DNA of 62,921 bases, the filler included, from Reclinomonas americana ATCC 50394 (lineage: Eukaryota): the NCBI GenBank assembly GCA_048213135.1. It is 11 parts of 3 records of this genome, joined end to end, with 100 filler letters (N's around TTAATTAATTAA, not from the genome) between each part and the next. Parts side by side here need not be neighbours in the genome. Positions count along the whole stretch, not along the records: positions 34,167 to 39,138 come from PS015368.1; positions 39,239 to 42,445 come from PS015370.1; positions 42,546 to 46,867 come from PS015370.1; positions 46,968 to 49,507 come from PS015370.1; 7 more parts are not named here. One strand, given 5' to 3'. Under the pieces are notes generated by a model that saw nothing but the letters and a program-made list of their open reading frames with translations, ran no database searches and had not been told where the DNA came from. This document shows positions 36,301 through 49,507 of this stretch, in pieces (within the stretch, counting starts at the first letter, position 1; each line of letters begins with the position of its first letter). The translations under genes were made by a program, and so were the position numbers.

Positions 36301-39117
36301 AGTGTTGCGCGCGTTCAAGCACTTCCAGGGGTTGATCCTGGCGCCGGCGTGCACCCTGGCGCACACTTCCTGCAAGATCTGCAGGGCGTAGAAGATGAGT
36401 TCGGAGTGAGCAACAACACACGCAATCCACGAGCAAAAGACATGTCTACGAACCGCGTTGCAAGCGCGACTGCGCAGCGAGACGAGAAAGAAACTCATCA
36501 AAAGCGGAAATTGCATGTTTCCGCGCCTCGCGCAACCGTTCTCGCTGCTCCGGCGAAGCATGCTGGAACACTGCTGGGAGTGCTCGCAAGTGCTCCGGTG
36601 CAGTCTCTGGCTCACCGTCGCCGTCGCCATCACCAAGCCCGCCAAAGCAGAGAACAAGACAAACGGCATTGCCCAACTCAGACCAATAGGTCTTCACCAA
36701 AGCTGCGTATTTGTGCTGTTAGTCATGCATGAATGACTGATGACGTCCACCATGAAGAACATACCAGTTGCTGCTTCCCTCTCTTCATCTGTGGCAGCTG
36801 CGACCGCGGTGGCAGCCATAGGGGGGGGCGGCAGTTGAGAGACAACCTCGAAGTATCCTTTACATCGAGGAAAAATGAGTGCATTGAAACAAGGTGAGAC
36901 GAATGCATCGAATGGGTCGATGCTAACATACCAGCGGCGGCAAACGACGCCAGCATTGCGGTTCGGGCACCAGCAGAGTCGGCGCTGGTCCACTCCCGCT
37001 TGCTGGCCGATACCATGGATACCAGCTCGTATGCCTGGTTCATGAGACGCTTTGCTNNNNNNNNNNNNNNNNNNNNNNNNNNNNNNNNNNNNNNNNNNNN
37101 NNNNNNNNNNNNNNNNNNNNNNNNNNNNNNNNNNNNNNNNNNNNNNNNNNNNNNNNNNNNNNNNNNNNNNNNNNNNNNNNNNNNNNNNNNNNNNNNNNNN
37201 NNNNNNNNCGTTGCCACTTTGACTCAGGCTGTTGTTTCTCTTGCTCCGCCGTCTCCTGTTTGCATCAGAGGATGAGCGAGAGAGGGAAAGTGAGTAAGAG
37301 AAGCGATAGCAGGCACATACGTACCGTTTGTGCCAAAGGACGCTTTCGAATTCCCTTCTGCTTTCCTGTCGGCGCCAACGGCTGAGCGGGTGGTGGTGCT
37401 GCTGCTGTGGGCACGGTCGCCGGTGGCTCTTCCTCCGTGCTGGCGCTGGCCGACTGCGAACAGAGCTATAAGAGCAAAGAAATGCACAGAGAGAGAGAAA
37501 GCAAGGATATATAGAGGCGACACACCTCGCCAGATTCAGTGCGCTTCTTCTTGATCGCAGGCTGACTCGCGTCCACTTGCTCCTGCTGCTTCGAGTACAC
37601 CATCTTGGCATGGAACGCAGCGAAAAGGTCCAAGGCGATTTTGTTGTGGGACGTGGCAGTCTGCGTGAACTGCGCCAGCATCTGCACAAAAGTGGCACCG
37701 AAATGAGAAAATGAAAAGAATGAGAAGCAAGAATGCAAGCCACCACTCTCCCCTCTTTGCTCGTATTGAAAGGTGAAAATAAATATGAGAAGCAAGAATG
37801 CAAGCCACCACTCTCCCCTCTTTGCTCGTATTGAAAGGTGAAAATAAATATGAGAAGCAAGAATGCAAGCCACCACTCTCCCCTCTTTGCTCGTATTGAA
37901 AGGAGAAATAAATATGAGAAGCAAGAATGCAAGCCACCACTCTCCCCTCTTTGCTCTTGCTCTCTCTCCCCCACTTCCGCACCTGAACTCCGCACAACAG
38001 CTCGCAGACAGTGTCCTCTGTGATTACGAGGTTCTTTCGCGATGCAGAATGCCCGACGTTCGTGGAGTCACTCACGTATGCGCCTACTTGCTGCTTCCTG
38101 TTCGAATGATGTAGTTGATTGAAAGCGCGGTTGTGAAGGCGTGATGAAGATGAGGTCAGATTGCGGGCCGCGCGAGACGCCACGCTGTGCACAGAAAATG
38201 GTTAACCACTGATGTACGGCCGGCCCACAACACCGCCAGCTGCAGATGCGAACCTTATGTTGATGAAGTCTAAAACCGGTACAACTGCCGTGCTGCGGCC
38301 AAGCACGCTCGCTCTGCGTCGCAGGGCAGTGCCGTCCACAGTCACCTCAAAAACTAGCTCGTGGTTGCAGTCACTCACGGCCATCAGCTGTTGCGCACTG
38401 CCACGCCTCACTCGCAAGTCAAGTTGATTCTGCAACAGGCTGCAAAAAGCAGAAGAAAACATGAGCGAAGAGGAGGGGACAGTGGGGGGAAAATGAGGAG
38501 AACTCACAGCACGTCGCCCTCCGCCGTGGTGGTCACAGTGGATGCGGGAATTGCAGTGGTCAGATTGATTTTTTCGCTTCCCAAGTGGAAATTCATGTCG
38601 GATTCGTACGTCGGAATGCCCGCACTGCGATATAGGAGAGTTAGAAGAGCACGTGTAACAGGGAATACACGCAGTCGAAAATTTAAACTCACCGCCGACC
38701 CGACTTGCCAGCAGCTTTCGCCGAAGCAATCACCCGGGTAATAAACTGGTGGGCAAACAGGTGGGCCCTGCTCATGTCGAAGTAAAACGCCTGGCACTTA
38801 TGCACCGCGACAGGCTTGGAGGCCCTGCCAACAAGAAGCCATCAATATTAATTGCAGTGAGTGTTCAATGGAAGAAAACGCCCACACGTGCAGTAGAAGA
38901 AACTGAGCTCACCGAGACTGGCGCCCTCGCGACTCCGTCTCGTCCAACGGAAACAAGAATTGTAGCTTCGTATCGTTGTTAGGTCCCGCCTCTTGAATAG
39001 CATCACAGATGGAGTGCATGATATCACGGCACAGTGGGGGCATGGCAGCAACGATTGCGGGGAATCCAGACTCGGGATGTCGAAGTGCCGTGACCATGCG
39101 TGAGAGGATGGCGCCAT
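30385..39117 (-). CDS. Fragmented large hypothetical gene(s): helical, acidic and Cys-containing exons split by gaps
   Basis: Several GT-AG-bounded exons splice in frame (e.g. ASKPVAVHKCQAFYFD...GRR / AGIPTYESDMNF...AEGD at 38513-38822). Acidic tract at 33720-33900. No family recognised, and it may be more than one gene. Confidence 0.45.
37721..37955. repeat. Intronic ~65-bp minisatellite, ~3.6 copies
   Basis: tgagaagcaagaatgcaagccaccactctcccctctttgctc starts at 37721, 37786, 37851 and 37915. Confidence 0.9.
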
Positions 39118-39353
39118 TGTTTCCTTCTCGGAGGAAAANNNNNNNNNNNNNNNNNNNNNNNNNNNNNNNNNNNNNNNNNNNNTTAATTAATTAANNNNNN
39201 NNNNNNNNNNNNNNNNNNNNNNNNNNNNNNNNNNNNNNACCGACGTACGACGTACCGTAGGTTCCCCGGTTCCGTACCGTCGTTCGTCGTCGTCGTTCTA
39301 CGTACTACGTACTACTCTCTCTTCTTCTCTCTCTCTCTCTCTCTCTCGTCGTC

Positions 39354-39479
<126 letters not shown>

Positions 39480-39528
39480 TCGCTCTCCCTCTTCTCTCTT
39501 TTCACTATCTCCTCACTTCTCAACGTAG

Positions 39529-42500
39529 GTGGCATCGCCTGTCAAGGCCCCAACGGCCGATGTCGACAGTGCGCGATTGCCGTCCACCGCCGCCTCAGGC
39601 GAGCGCTATCCGTCACCACCGGAGCTGCGTCGGCAGGCGAGTGGCAATGCTGAGCCGGTGGTCGACATTTCGCGGCGTCGGCGATACGGAGAAGACACGC
39701 CACTCAACCCGACTCCATCCGCAGGTGCGGGCGTGCGCCAAGTGCGTGCGCCTTCCGTCTCTCACTCACTCACTCTGCTGTGCCCACAGCGTACGTGTTT
39801 GACGATGCCGCCACGGCAACCGAGGCCGCCACCAAGCAGGTGTCGACCGAGGAGGAGCAAACGGTGTGTGGAAAGAGATTGCAAGTTCAGTGGACGCGCG
39901 TGGCTCATCAGCCTTTGTTCTTGCAGGCGATTGAGCACTCGGATGTGGAGCAAGAGATGGACGAGGATGGCGTCGAGGATGCTGACGATGAGGGCACGCT
40001 GCGCACGACCTCGATGGCATCGCCCAGCAACGATGAAATGACAGAAGGAAGTGAGGTGGACGCGCCGCCTCTTCACAAGCGAGTTGCGTGATGCGCTCTC
40101 CCTGCTCCTGTCTTTCCCCATCTCACTCACTTCACTGCGGCAGCGCAAGAGTACCGACGAGTCAGATGCGCGACGCATGCCTCCAACTCCGTCGTCGCCG
40201 GCCACGCGCACACGATCCATGTCCTCCATCGAGCCAGCGCTGCGCGGTCAGTGGTCATTATTATCTACTCTCCATCCATCCATCCTCCTCCTCTCACGTG
40301 CATGTGCCTCACGCAGCTGAGGAAGATGAGAGTGCACACATTGCCGCGCCTATTGTGGCCGACTCACCGCAACGGCCGCTGAAGCGTGTTGTAGGTACGC
40401 ATGCTCATCGATAATCCCTTCCCGTCAAAGTTGATTGATTCGTGTTGTTGTTATGTTTGCAGATGATGTCGGCAACAAGGGGGCGCCCAGCCACTCTACC
40501 TCTCAGGACCTACGCAAGCGACTGGAAAAGCTTCGTGCCAGCCCCAAGCCATCTCTGGCTGTCAAGCAGGGCGTCAATGTGGCTGTCCGTTGCGTGTGTG
40601 TTGCAGCAATCCTCATCTTGCCAGTATCTGATGTTCTCTCCTCAGGCTCGCGACCATCGACTCCCGCGGCGTCACAGGACACCATCACGTTCCAAGATTT
40701 GGAGAAACAATTTGAGGAGGTTTGTTGTCTTGCGTTCCATCTTGCCGGATCACCTTCTCACTTCTTCCCCTCGTCCCTCTTTTCCTCGCGTAGATTCAAC
40801 GCGAACTGCACCCGCTCGAACGCATGCGGCAAAGCATGACAGAAACGGGCGGTGCCGGTGGTGCAGGTGGTGGCGCGGCAGGCCAGCGCCGGGAGTCGCC
40901 GCCTCGTGTACCACCACGGCCGGCCACTGCGGGTGCTGCCGCTCCGTCGCGCGCCCCGAATCGAGTTGGTGCACCTGCACTCGGTGCACTTGCAGGTGCG
41001 CAGGTTCTGAGCAGTGGACTCGCGGATGCCGTGTCACCGCGCAACGAACAAGACAACGACTCGTTTGCGGACGACTCGGTTGCCGACATTGGTGGTGTGT
41101 TCTTGTGTCTCTTTTGCTCCTTAGTGATCATTGTCTCACATTGTTTGCAGGCACCGAGCGCCTGATGCGCAAGTGGGAGGAGTTGCAGCTGTCGGCGTCG
41201 GCCTCCTCCAACCTCGCTCATTCGCAGTCGATCGACTCGGAGGCGCGTGGTGGAGTCGACGGATTCGATTCGTTCATGTCGCAGCAGCATGACCTGTCGG
41301 CCGACACCAGTATCACATCGCCGCGGGATCCGCGAGCTGAGCGGGTTTGTGTCTGTGTTTGTGATGCACGTGCGATCACGAGGGGGAGTGCCCTAACACA
41401 CCCGCTGTGCTTGTGCAGGAACAAATGCTGAAAGCGCGTCTGGCCAACATTTTGAAGCGTGGTCCGGCATTGCAGGGGTCTGCCACACCGCAGACGAAGG
41501 GCAGTGCTGCGGCCGCGGCCGCGTCACAGTTGCCATCCGGCAGGCAGTCTCCGGTAATACCCTTGTCTGGTGGCGCCACCACCACTACGACCACCACAGC
41601 AACTGCACCCGAGGGTGCGGCAGCTCTGGGCAAGTCGCGCTCGCAGCCGGCCGTCAACAGCGCCCGTCGTGCTTCGGAGCGCAATGCCTCGGCACGCGAG
41701 AGCCCTGCCTCTCGCCGTCTGCAAAGTCCTGCCGCCCGGTTGCGCTCTCCCAGCAACGGTGAGATGACGGAGACCTTTTTTCTTCTGCGTTTTGATGTAC
41801 TTCTGACCTTGAGGGGTTTGTAGGTCGGGGGAGTGCCGCACCACCACCTTCGGCAGCGCTGCCGGCTTCGGTCGCTGCGCCGAGTGTGGGGCCGTCGCTT
41901 CCGGTGTTCTCGCCGTCGGATGTCGGTCTGATGGCGGGTGTGAATCCTCTCACTGGTGAGCACTATTGTCGGTCGTGCGCTCCCTCATCCCTGTGCCTCA
42001 CTGTGTCACACGATTCTCCCCCCACAGCGGCCTTTGCTTCTCGGTCACCAGTCGACGACGCGCAATTCCAGGCGTACTACGCTTGGCGTCGCATCATTGT
42101 CAGCACCGACTTTGATCCGCACGGTTCGACTGCGCATTGATTGGAGATCTTTTCATGATCTCTGGCGTGCTCATGTATCGTGCGATTTTGGTGTAAGCAG
42201 ACAAGACGCCGCGCAGTTTCCGCCGTGATCGTGTGTGGGACAGCAAGGACAGGCATCGATTGCTGCTGCCAGTGTCCGACATTGTGTTCCTGTTTCTCGT
42301 TGCGTTCCCTGTCATTGATTCACTTTCACTCGTCGTGCTGGCGCCGACTCGTCATGCAGCTCAATGGCAACAACGAGTCCAAACTCAAAATTCGCTCGTT
42401 CCGGCTGAAGTGCAAGAATGACGTGAACTTTGAGAAGCTCCGCCCNNNNNNNNNNNNNNNNNNNNNNNNNNNNNNNNNNNNNNNNNNNNTTAATTAATTA

Positions 42501-43760
42501 ANNNNNNNNNNNNNNNNNNNNNNNNNNNNNNNNNNNNNNNNNNNNTCTGGTGAGCCACTTCGCACTGCTGGTGACGCGATCATCATTCTTTCTCACTCAA
42601 AGATGCGGTGCCTCAGGTGGTCTCCCGTGTTCCCCGCTCCTCGAATGTGTACATTATCAGCGTGCCCGGCTCCAAGACAAGCGGCAAGGAGGTGGAGGAG
42701 TTCATTCTCGATTTTGAAAGGTGTGTGTTTGAATATCCAAGAATTCCTCGTGCCACATCGAGTCGCTCAGTTCCATACCAACAGCCCTAATCCCATTGAC
42801 GAGTTGTACGTGTTGAGGAGAGAACGAGCGCTGCTGGACATGATTGGTGTGGACGACAGTGAGGCCCCGACCTTCGCCCCTATCGCTGCTGCAGCTGTCG
42901 GGGCACCAGTTGGCGGTACTCCGGCTGGACGGGGTGAGTGTCTGCCACGTGTGAGCACCTGTCTGCCTTCTGTGCGCGCGTTTGTTCTGATTTGTGTGTG
43001 CGACCAGTAACGGATTCGTCGCCGCGGAGGTCGAATGGAGCCGTGGGTGGTCGACGCACTCCTGGCTCCACACCCACACGAGGTGAGGCGCCCACTGTCG
43101 TGTCGCTGTATGCACTTGTTATTGAAGTTCACACGGTGGTTGGTACAGGACGCACAGGCGGTGTACCGCGATCCAACTCCGCGTCCGGTCCCGGGTTGCG
43201 CAACGCACTTGGTGCAGGCGACACTGCCGATGAGAAAGAATGTTGCGATTCGTGATCGCAAGTCCCTCGTCGTCATTCGTGGAGGCTGACAGCTCACCGC
43301 ACAGTGCGTAACTTGCGGAACGCGGTAGCAGCGGAGAAAGCACAGGCGGTGAGCCTTGACATTGCAGCCTTGTCACTGTCCCCCTCCACCGCTCATTATT
43401 GTTGCGTGCTGCAGGTGTCACCATCGCCTGTGCAGGCCTACTTGCAATCCAATGCACCGATTCGACCGCAGACATATGCCGGCAGCTCACTCCTTCCACC
43501 ACGTGCGGCGGCCGACGACTCGGTGAGCTTGCCAGGCGTATGCGATGATGCGCATCCCAGAAACTCACTGTTTTGTTCTTCCAGTTTTCGCGATTTTCAG
43601 ATCTCAATAGCAGCAACGGGAGTGATGGTGAGTGCTTCCCGACGCAGCTCTTGTGAGCCATTGGCGTGCTTCGCTCACACCTCTTCCTGTGTACTGTGTA
43701 GCGGATGCGGACATTCAGCACGCTCGCAACCTGCTGCAGAGATTACGACAGGAGAAGCGC
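39529..43760 (+). CDS. Multi-exon Ser/Pro/Ala-rich hypothetical protein with a short globular segment (partial)
   Basis: Many short exons with GT-AG boundaries splice in frame. A globular-looking part lies at 42030-42850 (FQAYYAWRRIIVSTDFDP; KLKIRSFRLKCKND; IDELYVLRRERALLDMIG). No family recognised. Confidence 0.6.
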
Positions 43761-44029
43761 AACATGTCGTCTGTGCCAACGTCAGGTTGAGCGCAACTAG
43801 TTTGTGCGGGTGTGTGTAAAAGAAGATTACAACAGTGTGTGTACACTAAAGGACTCAGTGATCGGTTAGAGAGCATGCATGGCTCAGCGACGCCACACGG
43901 GGCGACCGTCGCTCTGCGTGGTAGATTCAAGAACGCATCAGTACTGGCAGAGTGCGCAGCAAGCATGAAAAACGAGACGCACCGACACGGGAGAGCGAGG
44001 CGATGATGGCGGGGAGCCGGAAAAGCGCA

Positions 44030-47000
44030 CAGATCGCTGGAAGTAGGAATTGCCATTGTTTAGTGCTCTGCAGTGCACGTGAAAGCACGCGGCGTCTTAA
44101 CGCAACTGGACTCGAGTGTCCACCGACTCGGTTTCGTGGCGAGGGTCGTGGCGATGCCGCGACGCTGGACGGCGACGACGCAGAGGATGGGCGCGGTGGT
44201 GGAGGCGACGGCATTATCGGCAGGGTTCGCGTCTCAATGTCTGCGCACAAAGAAAGAGGGAGAGATGAGCAACCGCAAGGCCACATCAAGTCCGTCGCAA
44301 GAAATCACAGCACCTTCCGTCCACATCAGCGAATGCGTAAGTGCTGTGGGTAGAGGAGTCAGCATAGATCACACTTCTCTTCCTTTCCACTGACAGTGAA
44401 GCACACCGGGTGACTTGGACGCGAGGAACTTGGCGACTTCCTGGTGGCCACACACGTGCGCCAACTCCAACGCTGTCAACTCATCCAGCCGACGGGTGGC
44501 CTCCAGCAGCTGCGGTCGCCGCTCCACCAGCAAGTTGGCCACACTCAGTCGATCACAGGCCACGGCTGTGCGGCGTACTGCAGGTCAGCGACTGCACAAG
44601 CAACATCGTTGCAGGCGAGAAATCACAGACCAATATGCAGTGCTGTTTCGCCGTTGACGTCGAGAGTGATGGCATCCAGCAAACGACCTTCACGGTTCTG
44701 CGCACTCGCCACATCAAGCATGTGACTCAACAGCTCGGTGCGACCGGCGCGTGCGGCCCAGTGGATCGCCAGGTGGCCGTAGCAGTCGCGCATCTCCAGC
44801 AGCTCCGGGTTGATGCGAATCAGCTGCAGAAGAAGTGGAATGAGTTTGGCAAGCAACGGACAAGTACTTTATGGCCACACACCTCCTTGGCCGACGCGAG
44901 GCAGCCAAGCATCACAAACCACGACAGCGCGGGTATGCCATCGCAGCGCCGGCGGAACGAGTGCCCACATCGGGCCAGCAGGCGCACAAAGAGCGGAGCG
45001 TCGTGTTGCAATTGTGGCCACATATTGAATCCCGTAGCAACATTGGGAAAGGCAGTCAGCCACTGCGCAATGAGATCCACCAGAATCGGCTGTGCCACCG
45101 ACGTGCCGTCAAACACGAACCACGGCTGGCATCGCACGAGGAATTCGCACAGAGATGCGTGGGCGGCACCCAAGGCTGCGAGGAGGGGAAGGAGGAGGCA
45201 AGTGAGAAACAGAGATCACTAAAAAATACTGCGCTCCTCTCAACAACGCACCATCAACATCGGGGGAGTCGACTAGGCTGGCCGCACTGGCCATGGCCAG
45301 CAAGCGCGGAGCTTCGTCACGATAAAATGAGGAGCGCCTGTCGGGCGTCGTGTCCGCAAATGTCTCCAGCACACTAGCCAGCAGTGTCGGCTGCAGCGGG
45401 ACGAGCAGCAGTCAGCACCATTCAAACTGCGAGTTACACAGCAGGAGAACGCACCCAAGTCCGGTGGTACTTGAAGCCGCCTGCATCAATCGGCACTGCC
45501 GTATTGACGGGCGGGAACAGCGCAAACGGATCGTCAATGGCCTGTGTCAGCAGGCGCGGGTCACGCGCCGTGCCCATGAACTCCTCCGCTGCGACAATGA
45601 CCTCGGTGCGGTGGTCACTCAGAACGTGGTGCACCTGCAGCGCAAAAAACATGAGCGCACATCGCCGACCAGCCAGAGAAGGGGGGGGGGGGGTGGGGGG
45701 AACACTCACCGTGGATGATCGCCACTGCATGCAGCACTGCCACCACATGGCCCATCCGAGAGCGGCGTGTCGCGGTCCTCGCTTGGGTGCACAACAAAAG
45801 TCGCCCGACACCAACAGACTCTCCGCAAACGATTGCTCAACAATCGAATACACGGGACGCAGTGTGGCCGTTGACTGCGCAGCAACAGGTGAGTCGGGGG
45901 AGACCACGAGAGTGCGGCAAGAGTGCTTCTGCGTGCACGCAACAGACGCCAGGCGCTGCACGTACGGATGCAGACTGTCGAGCTTCTGTTGCAGCGAGCC
46001 TCCATTGGCGCGTGAATCACTGCGAGGACACGCGTGTCAACACATCTTATATACAGCAAGCACACACACACGCACTCGCACAAAGAGCGAACCTCGAACG
46101 CAATGCATCAAGCAGCTCCTGATCAGTGAGACCTCCGAACGGTGACTCGATGAGGAGCTCCAGAATCGGTCGCACTCGTCGGAAACCTCGCGGCTCCTCA
46201 CGCTGTGCATGAATGCATGAGACACATCAGAGGTGAGGCCGATTTCCCGCTCCCTCATCATACTCATTACCTCCGCAAGCGCCTGCTTGGTGGCCTGTAA
46301 TACGACTGGCGACATGGTCGGCAGCTGTGCCCACACAGACTCGCGTTGCACCATGTCGTCCACCGTCTCAATTGACTGCGCGCGCACACAATGAGACCGC
46401 AGCCACTCACAAGCAAAAAACAAGGAACAACAATTGTTGATGACGCACCTTGGCGCGCACCGCGTCAATGAGTTGTGTGACTTGCTCAGTCGGCCACTGT
46501 CGCCGGGCGCCCAGCATGCGGTAAAAGAGCTCAACACTGACTGCCGGGTCGTCTTGTTGTTCTGTGCGCAAAATCACAAATGAGCGCACAAACACCAGGG
46601 CCACGGGTGGTGCGATCATTCAACGCACGGCCCGAGTTGAACCGCAGCCACAGCAGCGCGTGATACATGCTACAGCAGCGCATGCGAGCGGGTGAGAGAA
46701 CTAACTGAAAGCAAGGGGGGGGGGTTTGGAGAAAACGCACTCATGAACGCCCTGCGGGAGACGGTCGAGACGCGGAGCTCGCCCATCTGCCGTGTCCTCC
46801 TCCATCGCCGCAAGCAGCAGGTGCACGTAGTGGAAGCTGAAATCGCTGTGCTGCAACATCGCCGTCANNNNNNNNNNNNNNNNNNNNNNNNNNNNNNNNN
46901 NNNNNNNNNNNTTAATTAATTAANNNNNNNNNNNNNNNNNNNNNNNNNNNNNNNNNNNNNNNNNNNNCCGATCAGCACGCTGCGATAAGCCGGCAGCGAC

Positions 47001-47990
47001 TCGGCCAGCATGTGCGCGATGCAAATGACAAACTCCTCCGGCTGCATATTACACGCATGTGCGTGCGTGTGAGCACGCCACCTCTTGCATACATAAACAA
47101 GTGGATGGAACGCAACATCGGCACTTGCTGGGTTGGCATAGTCCACAAAGTACGCGCCCACCACCTGCTGCTGTGCTGGTCTGCCGACGGCGCGAGATGA
47201 CTGTGCGGCCAACTAAGAAAAGTGAGGAGAGAGGGAGAGAAAGAGAGAGAATTTGACGAAGCGGACACAAGAAGTGAACGAAACTGGATCATGGAAGCGA
47301 CGGAGAGCGATCTGGGCCAGTTGCGCAAAGAGCGCGGTCTTTCCGGTACCGGCACCGCCAATCACGGCGAGAGACTGACTGCCACTCTGTTGCGAGACGG
47401 TTGAATGAGCAGGAGTGGCACTATCACGCAATGACAAATGGACGCAACCGTCGCCGCGGTGGACTCGAGCATGTCGTAGAACCACTCTCGGCCAACAAAA
47501 CCACCCAGCTGATCGCAGGCGGCCAGCGTCTGCTGCGCCTGGCGGAAAAAGGCACTGACGAGCGGCCTGCTGCGCTGCTCGGCTTCACACACAATGTGCA
47601 GGCCGTTTGCGACTTGCATCTGCAGTCGTTGCCAGCCGATCTGCATCTCCGAGTCGGAGAGCACCACTGCGCGTGATGCTGGGTGAGTCAGCCAAACAAC
47701 ACAAACACACTTTGTCATTCTTTTCCCACTCAGAAATGAAGAATATACACACCGCTGTCGTCGGCAAACTTGCGCAGTTCGACCAAATCCGCGTAATGCG
47801 AGTACGGCATGCCGACCTTGAGCTGATGCGTCTCCAGGTACTCACAGGCCGTCAAAATGTGCGTCACGTGCTCGCGATACGTCGCCGGATCGAAGGGACT
47901 GGTGCGCAGCAAGAAATAGACAGCGGCACGCATCACGTGGGAGATGGTGGCCACGGATTCACGCTGCGAGGGTGGATGAGGGACGAGGGA

Positions 47991-48025
<35 letters not shown>

Positions 48026-49472
48026 GTGGATCCCCACTCACCACTCCAGGCAATAGCACGTGCTCGTCTCCGTCGCTCACATTCATGAGGACCGCCAGGC
48101 AGATTTGCAGAGACCACGACCTGGACGACGAATCACATCAAGTGGGTGAGGGAGTGGGTGAGGAATACGAGGGTGGATGAGGGAGGGATGAGTGGGGAGG
48201 GGGAGGATGAGGGGAGGATGAGGGGAGGATGAGGGGAGGATGAGGGGAGGATGAGGGGAGGATGAGGGGAGGATGAGGGGAGGATGAGGGGAGGATGAGG
48301 GNNNNNNNNNNNNNNNNNNNNNNNNNNNNNNNNNNNNNNNNNNNNNNNNNNNNNNNNNNNNNNNNNNNNNNNNNNNNNNNNNNNNNNNNNNNNNNNNNNN
48401 NNNNNNNNNNNNNNNNNNNNNNNNNNNNNNNNNNNNNNNNNNNNNNNNNNNNNNNNNNNNNNNNNNNNNNNNNNNNNNNNNNNNNNNNNNNNNNNNNNNN
48501 NNNNNNNNNNNNNNNNNNNNNNNNNNNNNNNNNNNNNNNNNNNNNNNNNNNNNNNNNNNNNNNNNNNNNNNNNNNNNNNNNNNNNNNNNNNNNNNNNNNN
48601 NNNNNNNNNNNNNNNNNNNNNNNNNNNNNNNNNNNNNNNNNNNNNNNNNNNNNNNNNNNNNNNNNNNNNNNNNNNNNNNNNNNNNNNNNNNNNNNNNNNN
48701 NNNNNNNNNNNNNNNNNNNNNNGGAGGATGAGGGGAGGGTGAGGGGAGGATGAGGAGGGCGGATGAGGGGAGGATGAGGGGAGGATGAGGGGAGGATGGC
48801 GAATGCATAAGGTGAAGCCAATATAACACGAAGCTCCACATGAGATCTTCCCTTCCCTCCATCGCCCTCGCTCTCACTCACCGACACTGATGCTTGAGTG
48901 GTGCGCGCCTCCACTCGGCAATCTCCCGCGCCTTACTGCTCCCCGCCACCGTCGGATCCGCGGCCGCATACTCACTCCACCACTGCTCCACATCAAAGCT
49001 CGCATGGCGGCGACAAAAGTCGGAGAGACGCGCGTGCGACTCGCGCTGGAGAATGCACTCCACGTGCTGCGAGACTTGCATGAAGCGAGCGTAGGTGTCG
49101 ATCCTGAGAGTGATGGAGAGAGTGAGGGAGGGAAGGACAGTGATGTGAGTGAAAGAGAGAGAGAGAGAGAGAGTGAGTGAGTGAGTGAGTGTGTGTGTAT
49201 GTGTGTGTGTAAGTGAGTGAATGAGCTTGCATGCATAAGTGACTAAGGCGACGGATAATGCACGCTTACGGTCGACTTAGGCGACGCCTATGTGCACGTT
49301 CACCCTCTCTCTCACGCACACACACAAACACACACAAACACACACACACACACACACTCTCTCCCCCTCTCTCTCTGTCTATTTGTCTGCATCTCTCACA
49401 CTCTCTCGCAGTCTCAGCTTTCTCGCCAGTCAACCTGCTTCTTCTCCAGCTGCACTGTTCCCTCTCACTCCT

Positions 49473-49507
<35 letters not shown>

